Shown here: positions 36,995-45,966 of the stretch, in pieces
Layout: every line of letters starts with the position of its first letter
How positions within the stretch are numbered: position 1 is the first letter of the stretch
From: an uncultured Desulfobacterales bacterium
Lineage (GTDB): Bacteria > Desulfobacterota > Desulfobacteria > Desulfobacterales > JAHEIW01
Assembly (NCBI GenBank): GCA_947259495.1
Contig: CAMYLV010000005.1
Coordinates: 55,401 to 119,400 of the forward strand
DNA: 64,000 nt
Direction: 5' to 3'
Translations under genes and position numbers: made by a program
The notes under the pieces: generated by a model
What the model was told of the DNA's origin: nothing
The model's input: only the letters and a program-made list of their open reading frames with translations
The model's database searches: none

Positions 36995-39900
36995 CTATTT
37001 GCTGCCTTTTGCCGGCCGCTGTTTGCGAAGGCTGTGCGCCAGCGAGCACAGCACCGGCACCAGGATTAAAGTCAGCAAAGTGGCGAATCCCAGCCCGAAG
37101 ATCACCGCCACCGCCATGGGCCCCCACCACTGGGAGGACTCACCGCCGATGTCTAAGGCCATTTTGCTGAAATCAAAACTGATGCCGGTGGCCATCGGCA
37201 GCAGGCCCAGGATGGTGGTGATGGCGGTAAGCATCACCGGGCGAAAGCGAACCGCGCCGGCTCGCAACAGGGCTTCGGTTGAAGAAAGGCCTTTGGCGAT
37301 TAGCTGGTTGATGTAGTCGATGAGTACGATGGCATTGTTGACCACCACGCCGGCCAGGCTGATGACGCCAATGCCGGTCATAATAATGCCAAAAGCCGTG
37401 CCGGTGATCAGCAGGCCCAAAAATACACCGATCAAAGAAAACACCACCGACGCCAGAATGATGAGCGGGGTGATCAAAGAGTTAAACTGGGTCAGCAGAA
37501 TCAGCAAAATCAGGGCAATGCAGGCAAAAAAAGCCTTGCTTAAAAAGGCCTGGGCCTTGGCCTGTTCTTCCTGTTCGCCGGTAAACTGGTAACGGTATCC
37601 CCTGGGCCAGCCGATCTGCTGCGACAGGCGTGCATCGATGTCTCTGATCACGTCATTGGCCAGGCGCCCCGACACATCGCCGGATATGGTGACTACCCGT
37701 TTCTGGTCCAACCGCATGATAGCGCCAATACCGCTGCCCAGCTTCACCTGGGCCAGACTGGTTAAGGGGACCGGCTCGCCCTGCGGCCCGGAAACCGTAA
37801 TGCGCTTCAGACTCTTGATGGACTGGCGATCGTGTTTGGGCAGGCGCGCGATAATGTCATATTCATCTTTGCCCTCGCGATAGACCCCGGCTTTAACCCC
37901 GTTGATGGCCGATTTGACCGTATAAGCGATGGTATAGGTGTCCAGCCCCATGAGGGCTGCTTTTTCCTTGTCTACCTGCACACGAATTTCCGGTTTGCCT
38001 TTGACAAAATTATCTTTTAAATCCACCAGCCCGGAAATGTCTTTGATGACTTTGCGGGCGCGGGCCGCAAGCTCTCCGAGCATGAGGATATCCTCACCGA
38101 AAATTTCAATATTGATCGGCGGTCCGGTGGGCGGGCCTTCTTCTTCTTTTTCTACCTGCACCTCCGCCCCATGAATGGTGTTTAAAATCCGCTGCCGGAC
38201 TTCTTTGACAATTTCCGATGAAGGCCGAGAGCGATCGTGAAAATCTTTAAAATCCAGCACCACCCGGCTGATGTGGGTGCCGGTGCCGCCCTGGGAAAAG
38301 GGATCTCCGCCGATTGCCCCGATATTGGAAATGACGTAGCGGATGTCCGCATAACCAGCCACAATTTTTTCGATCTTGGCTACCAGTTGATCGGATGTAT
38401 CCAGATTGGTGCCTTCCGGCATTTTGATATTGACGTAGGCGCGGCGCGGTTCGGTGTCCGGAAAAAACTCCGTGCCCTTGCCGAAAAAGACAAAGGCCAG
38501 GGTGGCGCCAACCAGCAAGGCAACGGCTGAAATGATGACCACCCAGCGATGTTGCAGAGACCATTTCAGCAGAAACAAATAAAACTGTTTGATCCAGGGC
38601 TCGCGGGATACGCGGGCTCTGGCAGGGGTGTCGACCTTGATCCTCTGATAGCGGGCGGAAAGCACCGGATTAATCACCAGGGCCACAAACAGCGAAGCAC
38701 TCAGGGCCATAATCAGGGTCATGGGTAAATATCCCATGAACTCACCCATAATCCCCGGCCAAAAAAGCATGGGCGAAAAGGCTCCCAGGGTGGTCAGGGT
38801 AGAGGTAATCACCGGCCAGGCGACCTGGTCGGTTCCCACGGCAGCCGCCTCCAGGCGGGATTTGCCCTGCTGCATGTGGCGGTAAATATTTTCGACGATT
38901 ACAATCCCGTTGTCTACCAGCATGCCCAGTGCCAGAATCAAAGAAAACAGCACCACCATATTCAAGGTGACATCGAATCCGGTCAACAGTGCAAAGGTGA
39001 TAAACATGGAATAGGGGATGGCCAGGGCCACAAACACGGCGGACTGGCCGCCGATGAATAAGAAAATGACCGCCAGCACCAGGATCAGTCCCGAAATAAT
39101 GTTGTTTTCCAGGTCCGCTACCAGCAGCCGCACGTCATTGGACTGGTCGGCGGTCAGGTCAATTTTTAAGGTCTGCGGCAGCTCGGGCCGCATATCGCTA
39201 ACCACCTGCTTGACTTCTTCGGTGACGCGCACGATGTTTTCACCGCTGCGCTTGAGGACCCCGATGGCGACGCTATTTTCGCCGTTGATGCGGGAGCGGG
39301 TGAGCGGATCTTTGTAGGCATCCTTGATGGTGGCGACATCCCGCAGGTAAACCGGTTTACCGTCCCGCACGAAGGCCACGATCGAAAAAATTTCAGACGG
39401 ATGCTCAAAGTCCTCTGGCACCCGCACCAGGTATTTGCCCTCGCCGATATCCATGCTGCCGCCGGGCATGTTCACATTGCTGTTGTTCACCGAGCCGACG
39501 ATGCTGGAAAAGGGAACATTATAGGCGCGCACCCGATCCAGATCGAATTCCACATGAATTTCGCGCTCCAGCCCTCCCGTCAGGCGGGCTTCCAGAACCC
39601 CGGGGATGGACTCGAGCCGGTCCTGCATATCCTCGGCTAAACTCTGCAATCGCCGCAGGCTGAACGGCCCCGATAGCACCACCCGGATGACCGGCATGTC
39701 TGAAAAATTGACTTCCTTTATGACCGGGTCATCCTGCAGATCGGCCGGCAAATCGCCTTCGGCCTGATCGACCTTATCGCGGACTTTCTGCAGGGCATCA
39801 TCCAGGTCGACTTTGGGCAAAAATTTGATGGCCACCGTGGAAATACCCTCGGCAGAGGTCGAGCGGATTTCTTCGACATCATCAATGCCTTTGAGCTTGC

Positions 39901-40105
39901 GCTCGATGGGAATTGTGATCAATTCCTCCATGTCTGCAGGTGCCACCCCCTCATATGTAGTGGTCACAAACACATAAGGGATGGTGATATCCGGGAAGGA
40001 TTCCCGCGGCAACGTGACATAGCAGTACAGTCCGGCAATCACAATGACCACCAGCAGCGCCAGCACGGTTACCTGCCGTTTGAGCGCAAATTGATTGAGA
40101 ATCAT
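36995..40105 (-). CDS. RND efflux permease (AcrB/MdtC-like)
   Basis: 1036 aa; GMLVDNGIVIVENI, GVVVNNAIVLID, RFRPVMLTAITTILGLLP. Confidence 0.96.
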   Translation of the reverse strand: MILNQFALKRQVTVLALLVVIVIAGLYCYVTLPRESFPDITIPYVFVTTTYEGVAPADMEELITIPIERKLKGIDDVEEIRSTSAEGISTVAIKFLPKVDLDDALQKVRDKVDQAEGDLPADLQDDPVIKEVNFSDMPVIRVVLSGPFSLRRLQSLAEDMQDRLESIPGVLEARLTGGLEREIHVEFDLDRVRAYNVPFSSIVGSVNNSNVNMPGGSMDIGEGKYLVRVPEDFEHPSEIFSIVAFVRDGKPVYLRDVATIKDAYKDPLTRSRINGENSVAIGVLKRSGENIVRVTEEVKQVVSDMRPELPQTLKIDLTADQSNDVRLLVADLENNIISGLILVLAVIFLFIGGQSAVFVALAIPYSMFITFALLTGFDVTLNMVVLFSLILALGMLVDNGIVIVENIYRHMQQGKSRLEAAAVGTDQVAWPVITSTLTTLGAFSPMLFWPGIMGEFMGYLPMTLIMALSASLFVALVINPVLSARYQRIKVDTPARARVSREPWIKQFYLFLLKWSLQHRWVVIISAVALLVGATLAFVFFGKGTEFFPDTEPRRAYVNIKMPEGTNLDTSDQLVAKIEKIVAGYADIRYVISNIGAIGGDPFSQGGTGTHISRVVLDFKDFHDRSRPSSEIVKEVRQRILNTIHGAEVQVEKEEEGPPTGPPINIEIFGEDILMLGELAARARKVIKDISGLVDLKDNFVKGKPEIRVQVDKEKAALMGLDTYTIAYTVKSAINGVKAGVYREGKDEYDIIARLPKHDRQSIKSLKRITVSGPQGEPVPLTSLAQVKLGSGIGAIMRLDQKRVVTISGDVSGRLANDVIRDIDARLSQQIGWPRGYRYQFTGEQEEQAKAQAFLSKAFFACIALILLILLTQFNSLITPLIILASVVFSLIGVFLGLLITGTAFGIIMTGIGVISLAGVVVNNAIVLIDYINQLIAKGLSSTEALLRAGAVRFRPVMLTAITTILGLLPMATGISFDFSKMALDIGGESSQWWGPMAVAVIFGLGFATLLTLILVPVLCSLAHSLRKQRPAKGSK

Positions 40106-41154
40106 TGTACGCGCACCCTCATGCCGTCTTCGACTTCGGTCTGTCCCTTGACGATCAGATGATCGCCGGGCTTCAAGCCGCTGGTAATCTGTACGCGATC
40201 GCCTTCAATCACTCCGATGGCAACGGTTCGCGATTGCGCCACACCATCGTTTTCGATAAACAGCAGACGTTCGCCACCTTTGTCCACCAGTGCAAAAAGC
40301 GGCGCCAGCAATGCATCGGGAATCACGCGGCGAACAAAGGCTACCCGGGCGATCATTCCCGGGCGGATATCGCCAAATGGATTTTCGATCACGGTGCGCA
40401 CCAGAAAGGTTTTGGTGGCCGGATCGGCTTTAAAGGACACAAAATCAACCGTTCCGCTTAGCGTTCTATCCGGGAAGGCATCGATTTTGACCGGTGTCTT
40501 TTGGCCCTGCAGCACAAAGCGGATGTCAAGCTCCGGTACCCGCACATTGATTTTAATGCGCTCGATATTGATAATGTCGGTGATCGGCTTGCCGGTGTCG
40601 ATGAACTCACCGGCATCCACATACAGGTGATTAATGATGCCGTTAATCGGTGAGTGCGGAAAACCATGATTATATTTGACCTTGATCTGTTCTAAATCGG
40701 TGGCCGCTAACGTGCGCTGGGTTGAGCTTTGATCCAGCTCCTCCTGGGCAATGATTTTACGCTCGAAAAGTCGTCGTCGCCGCTGATAAAGATCGTCGGC
40801 CAGTTGATACTGAGCCTTGGCGTGATCCAGAGCGGCCCTGAGGGCGGATACGTCGATCTTGATCAGCAGGTCGCCTTCTTTGACGATGTCACCCTCACTC
40901 GGGCCAATCCACTCGATGCGGCCGGCGGTGTCGGCGGCCACCTGCACATCCTGCCAGGCCTCGGTCGTGCCCGGCAAAAAGATGACATCCCGTATCGGTT
41001 CTGCTTTGATTTCAATAATGGATACCGGAACTGCAGGGGGCTGATTTGATTGGTTAGCGGTGGTAGCCAGCCCCGCTTTATCATCACAGCCGGATGCAAA
41101 AAAGCCGGCCCACAGCAACACTGCCAGAAATAAAAATGAACGTTTGGTTTGCAT
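40102..41154 (-). CDS. RND periplasmic adaptor (MFP) lipoprotein
   Basis: Lipobox ASGC; VKEGDLLIKID, SPINGII, IRPGMIARV; 4-bp overlap with the permease. Confidence 0.93.
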   Translation of the reverse strand: MQTKRSFLFLAVLLWAGFFASGCDDKAGLATTANQSNQPPAVPVSIIEIKAEPIRDVIFLPGTTEAWQDVQVAADTAGRIEWIGPSEGDIVKEGDLLIKIDVSALRAALDHAKAQYQLADDLYQRRRRLFERKIIAQEELDQSSTQRTLAATDLEQIKVKYNHGFPHSPINGIINHLYVDAGEFIDTGKPITDIINIERIKINVRVPELDIRFVLQGQKTPVKIDAFPDRTLSGTVDFVSFKADPATKTFLVRTVIENPFGDIRPGMIARVAFVRRVIPDALLAPLFALVDKGGERLLFIENDGVAQSRTVAIGVIEGDRVQITSGLKPGDHLIVKGQTEVEDGMRVRVQ

Positions 41155-41766
41155 TTAATTTACCATCCCTTTTTCGATTCCCTGAAACGCCAGCCGCAGC
41201 AACCGTTCGGCGCGCTGCGCATCTGAAGACTGCGGTTGAAACTGATCCATGTGCAGACAAAAATCGAGCAGACTCAAAACCAGATAGGCGACTTCGTCGG
41301 CAGCGGTTTTTTTAACCTCGCCGCCGGATATTCCTGTATCATAAATTTTACGAATGGCGTCGATCATGTGGCGATGATAGCGCGTGAAGTCATAATCCGG
41401 TGTTCCTTGAGGTGGTCCAAATATGAGGCCATGGATCATTTTATAGAGGCTGCGGTGCGCCTCGACCTCTGCATACACCCGGCGATAAAGCATCAGGAGT
41501 CGATCCAATACATTGCCCTGCGACTCTAAAACCTCGGTCAGCAATTGTTTCTGTAGATTTTCAGCCATTTCAAGAATAGCCAGAAAAAGGCCTTCTTTGC
41601 TCTTAAAGTAGTAATAGAGCACCGGTTTGCTCACGCCGGCCTGCTCCGCAATTTCGCGCACGGATGTTCCGGCATACCCTTTTTGGGCGAACATGCCGAT
41701 GGCTGTTTCCAGTAATCGCTCTCGGGCATTGGGCGCCGCCGCCTTCAGCCTTTTTTTGTTTTTCAT
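41155..41766 (-). CDS. TetR/AcrR-family regulator
   Basis: GYAGTSVREIAEQAGVSKPVLYYYFKSKEGLF. Confidence 0.95.
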   Translation of the reverse strand: MKNKKRLKAAAPNARERLLETAIGMFAQKGYAGTSVREIAEQAGVSKPVLYYYFKSKEGLFLAILEMAENLQKQLLTEVLESQGNVLDRLLMLYRRVYAEVEAHRSLYKMIHGLIFGPPQGTPDYDFTRYHRHMIDAIRKIYDTGISGGEVKKTAADEVAYLVLSLLDFCLHMDQFQPQSSDAQRAERLLRLAFQGIEKGMVN

Positions 41767-41883
41767 GTGCTTTCCAGATTTAAGCAAATTGTATTGTGGC
41801 CCATTTTTGTGTGAAACTGCTGTAACTTAAAAAAATATTCTCATCTATTTTCATGCAAATTTCAGGTATTAAAATGTGGTACT

Positions 41884-41938
41884 TGTTTATGCTAAATATG
41901 CGGCTCTGTCAAGAAAATTACCTACCGGTAGGTAATTT
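41884..41938 (-). promoter_or_regulatory. sigma70-like promoter with an adjacent perfect 24-bp palindrome (candidate TetR operator)
   Basis: AAATTACCTACC|GGTAGGTAATTT at 41915-41938; TTGACA (41912-41907)-N17-TAAACA on the minus strand. Confidence 0.75.
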
Positions 41939-41966
41939 ATGCCATTTTGATACTCAAAATGCCGGC

Positions 41967-42037
41967 GGACAGAGGACAGAAGAATAAACGTCAGATTTTG
42001 AAAAGGGTGAGTGGCAAGCGTCAGCTAGTGGTTTGTG
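41967..42037. repeat. Short-period repeat block
   Basis: CAGAGGA CAGAAGA (same units as 5367-5415), then GTGAGTG GCAAGCG TCAGCTA GTGGTTT. Confidence 0.5.
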
Positions 42038-42255
42038 GTCTTATGCGGGCTTGTTGTTCGATCAGGTAAGGATGGTCCACAACACATAAATCACAAGCAT
42101 TCCCATTCCGTGGGCTTACCTGGCGGGCATGGAACTGGACCGCAAATGGCATGCGGATTTACAGTGAATGGCAAGCAGAAACATGAAAGCCGGCAACGGG
42201 ATCTACCCCCCTGCCCGTTACGGCGTTGTGTTTTAAATGAGTGATGATGTCAGTA

Positions 42256-42322
42256 TGGAGCGGGTGCAGGAATCGAACCTGTCTGTGACCTTGTTAGGCC
42301 TCGCTCCCCCAAGAGCCCCCGC
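42256..42322 (-). ncRNA. tRNA-Gly-like element (degenerate or minimised tRNA, 67 nt)
   Basis: GCGGGGGCTCTTGGGGGAGCGAGGCCTAACAAGGTCACAGACAGGTTCGATTCCTGCACCCGCTCCA: GCGGG/CCCGC acceptor, T-CCA end, GCTC/GAGC D-stem, CAGG-TTCGATT-CCTG T-arm, damaged anticodon arm. Confidence 0.6.
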
Positions 42323-42419
42323 TCAATGATGGTAAGGGAAGAAGGGGGTTGGGGTTCCCAAAGGCACATCAATTTTAAAGATAAAAGGGGTAAAATGAGA
42401 ACCCGCCCCCCAGCCGATA

Positions 42420-42480
42420 GAAGTGTCTGCTGCGAGCCGAACCTAAGCGTTGAAGGTCGAGGTCTCCGCAGACACTCTTC
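42420..42480. other. ~60-nt hairpin, probably part of a non-coding RNA
   Basis: AGTGTCTGC (42422-42430) / GCAGACACT (42468-42476) with an inner ACCT/AGGT stem. Confidence 0.55.
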
Positions 42481-42742
42481 GCAAATTGCAAAAAATATGC
42501 CATCAGCATGTATTTATATTTATGTATATATATCGATAGGTTAAAAAAATATAAAATTTTTAAAATTTTATAATTGGGTAATCAATGCCACAGTTTTATC
42601 ACTTAAATTACATAACATTAGGACTTAGATGCCAGGACATTTGATATTTAGCAACTATGGCGTTGTCAATCTTTACGCCATTTTGTTAAATTATTGTCTA
42701 ATTATTTTTGACAACCTATCCACCCTATGTTATGTTCCTGCC

Positions 42743-43669
42743 ATGGTCGATGATCGCAAAATACATCCTATCGGTTATGTCGCCCGCCAGACAGGCTTGA
42801 GCGCGCATGTGATCCGCGCCTGGGAAAAACGCTACGGTGCGGTGCATCCCGGTCGTACGCCCACCGGTCGCAGGCTGTATTCTGAAAGCGATATTCAGCA
42901 CCTGCAGCTGTTACAGCAAGCCTGCAAAAGGAGTCATCGCATTGCGCAGTTGTCTGATTTGGACAACACCACGCTTCGCGGAATTATCGCCAGCAAATTG
43001 GCAGATGCGGGTCCGATGGTAGCGCATCCGGTGGAGCTCTTCACACCGGTAGAATTACTTGAAGCCTGCCGTGCAGCCGTTCTCGCTATGGATGAGCAGG
43101 CGTTTGAGGCCACCTTAAACCGGGCGGCCGTCATGCTGACGCGGCCGACGCTGTTTGAAGGCGTGATCATGCCACTGGTGGTGGAAATTGGCGAGCGCTG
43201 GGTCAACGGGGAACTTAAAATTATCAACGAGCACATGGCTTCCACAATTCTCGTCTCATTCTTACGGGATATGCTTTCCGCTTTTCGACCGCTGCCGCCA
43301 ATGCCTAAAATGGTCGTTGCGACCCCTGTGAACCAATGGCATGAGCTGGGTGCTTTGATTGCTGCCATCGTGGCAGCAGAGGCCGGGTGGGGGGTATATT
43401 ATTTTGGTCCCAATTTGCCGGCTGAAGAAATTGCCGCTGCTGCCGTATACAAAAATGCCGTGGCAGTTGCACTCAGTATCGTTTACCGCGTCTCTGAAAG
43501 GCAGACCTTGCGCGAAATAAGTCGTTTACGCCATTACGTGTCCGAAGACGTGGCCATTATTGTCGGCGGGCGTGGTGTGCAGTCCTGCCAGGCGGACCTT
43601 AAGCAATTGAACGTGATGTATCCGCAGAACATCTCCGAATTTCGTGACATGATCGACGAACTTGGATAA
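42743..43669 (+). CDS. MerR-family regulator with a cobalamin-binding domain (CarH/LitR-like)
   Basis: MerR HTH (IRAWEKRYG, RTPTGRRLYS); W-x9-EH motif; HELG B12 His motif; start chosen at ATG 42743. Confidence 0.88.
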   Translation: MVDDRKIHPIGYVARQTGLSAHVIRAWEKRYGAVHPGRTPTGRRLYSESDIQHLQLLQQACKRSHRIAQLSDLDNTTLRGIIASKLADAGPMVAHPVELFTPVELLEACRAAVLAMDEQAFEATLNRAAVMLTRPTLFEGVIMPLVVEIGERWVNGELKIINEHMASTILVSFLRDMLSAFRPLPPMPKMVVATPVNQWHELGALIAAIVAAEAGWGVYYFGPNLPAEEIAAAAVYKNAVAVALSIVYRVSERQTLREISRLRHYVSEDVAIIVGGRGVQSCQADLKQLNVMYPQNISEFRDMIDELG

Positions 43670-43875
43670 ATACCGCTATTTTCATGATGGCCTCCGAGCG
43701 CCTGCCTTTTGTGTTTAACCGCATTTCTGACTAAAACGACCTCCCAAGCATTCGCTCACCTCTCATGCGGATGTCGACCCGTGCGATAAAGCAGCTTGAC
43801 TTTCATTCAAAACGGCTTAGTGTTAGACAGCTTTTAGACAAAATATGTGATTTAAACTATCTCAGGAGGTGCGAC

Positions 43876-44388
43876 ATGAGTACCAATCAAGAGGCAAATA
43901 ACAACTACATCAACGGAATGTTTGCGTTCCTAAAAAACAACGACGAAGAAAGCATTGAGCACCTGTCCCGGGCCATTGATCTTGACCCGGACCATACACT
44001 GGCGTTCATGAGCCGGGGTTCGGCCTTTTTCAGGTCAGACCAACTGGATGAAGCCATCGCCGACTTTGATCGCGCGATAGAGCTAAAACCCGGTCTGGCA
44101 CGGTCCTACCATCTGCGCGGACTTGCTAAAGAAAGGCAGGGAAACGATGCGGAAGCAATCGATGATTTTGAAAAAGCAATCGAACTGGATCCTGAATACG
44201 GTGCAGCCTACTACAGTCGTGCAACCCTGCACACCAAAATGGGAAATGAAGACCTGGCTGTGGATGACATAAAAATGGTCGAGTATTTGACGAACAAAAG
44301 CATCGAAACCTTTGCCAACGAAAACAATGTCTGGCGGTCCCAGCACATGCGCCTTGAATCGATGACGGCCGGTGAAATTGGGCGCTAA
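43876..44388 (+). CDS. TPR-repeat protein
   Basis: Three TPRs (AIDLDPD, AIELKPG, AIELDPE); AGGAGG SD before ATG 43876. Confidence 0.88.
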   Translation: MSTNQEANNNYINGMFAFLKNNDEESIEHLSRAIDLDPDHTLAFMSRGSAFFRSDQLDEAIADFDRAIELKPGLARSYHLRGLAKERQGNDAEAIDDFEKAIELDPEYGAAYYSRATLHTKMGNEDLAVDDIKMVEYLTNKSIETFANENNVWRSQHMRLESMTAGEIGR

Positions 44389-44585
44389 GTGGTAGACCGC
44401 GTAAAGCCGCAACGCATTTGAATGATGCGGATGTGGAAGAACTTTTCCTAAAAACTGAGAAACCTTTTTCATGTAGATGTGTGGCTGGATTTTCCGAATC
44501 TATACTAACTATTTGAAACTGATAGTTAAATTTTTTGCCCGGATTGGAGAGCAAGCGTGCACGATTTTTGCTTCCCTTACATGTC

Positions 44586-44765
44586 ATGGGGGGCAGATCT
44601 CAGCAAACAAACTCAGGAATCGAATTGGTTCTGGAAAAGTATCGCCGTCAATTTCGGATTGCGGAGAATCTGAACTATTATTCCGAGGCGCATTACAAGA
44701 TCGCCGAACGAAAATTTATTAAGTTTGCCCTGTCGTTTGGTGAATCGAAAAATTCGGAGGAATAG
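44586..44765 (+). CDS. Small hypothetical protein (59 aa)
   Basis: MGGRSQQTNSGIELVLEKYRRQFRIAENLNYYSEAHYKIAERKFIKFAL; protein-like composition. Confidence 0.55.
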   Translation: MGGRSQQTNSGIELVLEKYRRQFRIAENLNYYSEAHYKIAERKFIKFALSFGESKNSEE

Positions 44766-44794
44766 TTGCCATGCGAGTTCGTTTTTAGGGGGGG

Positions 44795-45016
44795 TTGATC
44801 TTTTTGATAGGAAAGATATGGTTGCGCGATAAGCGCCATACGCTTAAAAGCTGCGCCGGCGTTATTCTCATCGGGGCGACGGTGGCAGGGGCCATGTTGA
44901 TTATCCGCCTGGTCGGCGAGCAAAGGCTCCAGCACGTTTTAAGCTTTTTGTTCAAGCGCAGGTCAAAAGTTGAGAAATTAAACAGCGAAGCATTTGTGCC
45001 TGACAACCGAACTTGA
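44795..45016 (+). CDS. Possible small single-TM protein
   Basis: TTG start uncertain; TM AGVILIGATVAGAMLIIRLV; terminator follows. Confidence 0.4.
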   Translation: MIFLIGKIWLRDKRHTLKSCAGVILIGATVAGAMLIIRLVGEQRLQHVLSFLFKRRSKVEKLNSEAFVPDNRT

Positions 45017-45074
45017 TTCTGGCGCTATAGGATCTGGGGGAGCATACTCACGGGCGTTGATTTCGCCCCCCCTG

Positions 45075-45102
45075 AAGGGCAGTGATTGCACTGCCCTTTT
45101 TT
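45075..45102 (+). terminator. Intrinsic terminator
   Basis: AAGGGCAGTG-ATTG-CACTGCCCTT-TTTT. Confidence 0.8.
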
Positions 45103-45195
45103 ATTGACGCCGTTTCTAAAAATAAGGTCAAACAGATTTGTGCCCCTGGGCCTGGATACCCTGCGGTCACGCTTGCAGCGGGCCGAAAGGGATCT

Positions 45196-45372
45196 TCATT
45201 TTACAGGCCATGATTTCTTGATGATGTCTAACCAGGAAAGCTTCTCGGGCTGCGAATCTGTTCTGTGATTATCGGCTTTGCGGGAATATTCATTATCCAA
45301 ATATTCATTAACGGGGGCTTCATTCTCATACCACACCGTTTCTTTTTCGCGTTTGTTGAGCGGACTTTTCAT
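45196..45372 (-). CDS. Possible small protein (58 aa, below the ORF-track cut-off)
   Basis: GGGGGA SD; MKSPLNKREKETVWYENEAPVNEYLDNEYSRKADNHRTDSQPEKLSWLDIIKKSWPVK. Confidence 0.45.
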   Translation of the reverse strand: MKSPLNKREKETVWYENEAPVNEYLDNEYSRKADNHRTDSQPEKLSWLDIIKKSWPVK

Positions 45373-45542
45373 TTCCCCCCTGACCTTTCTGTGAATTCCT
45401 TTTTACAACTACACGCTTGCAGGAAGATGGGTTCTTACCAAAAAGAATCTCAATTGTACAGGTTTAATTCCACCCCCCTGTTCTTTAGTTTGCCGGGACG
45501 TCAGAAACGATCCTATATAGCATATATTGTATATAATAATTA

Positions 45543-45572
45543 TTGACATACCATATATAGTATATATACTAT
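45543..45572 (+). promoter_or_regulatory. sigma70-like promoter overlapped by a perfect 16-bp palindrome
   Basis: TTGACA-N18-TACTAT; ATAGTATA|TATACTAT at 45557-45572. Confidence 0.55.
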
Positions 45573-45777
45573 TGGGCCTAAATTCGATGCTTTTGCGGCT
45601 TCTTTCTTTTATTTAGCAGAAACGCAAAAACAGATTCTCACATCGAAACCGGCATACTAAAGATCCAGATCTCCTGAAAGCAGCATCTCAAGCCTGACAC
45701 CATCCCCGCAAAATGCCGAAGAACCTGAATCGTCGCTACCAAAGCTTGCTTGAATAAGCCACCGAAGGAGGATAAAA

Positions 45778-45966
45778 ATGCAGCATTTTTTAGCGCTGTC
45801 GGATAAGATTCCGTGGATAATGGCACCGGCAATCGTAATCGCCGCATCGGTGATTATTACAGTACTGGTGGTTGTGAATCGGCTGCTGGCGCCGGCGTCC
45901 AAGGCCATGTTAGTTGCGGTTATGCTGGCGCTGAGCGCATGGGCGATGGTGATGCGGGCGTTTTAG
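45778..45966 (+). CDS. Small two-TM membrane protein (62 aa)
   Basis: AAGGAGG SD; two hydrophobic helices. Confidence 0.6.
   Translation: MQHFLALSDKIPWIMAPAIVIAASVIITVLVVVNRLLAPASKAMLVAVMLALSAWAMVMRAF

Noticed and set aside
42256-42322. Functional canonical tRNA, tRNA-Sec or tRNA-Pyl
   Set aside because: There is no 7-nt anticodon loop on a paired stem, no UCA or CUA anticodon, and it is too short for tRNA-Sec. Kept only as tRNA-like.
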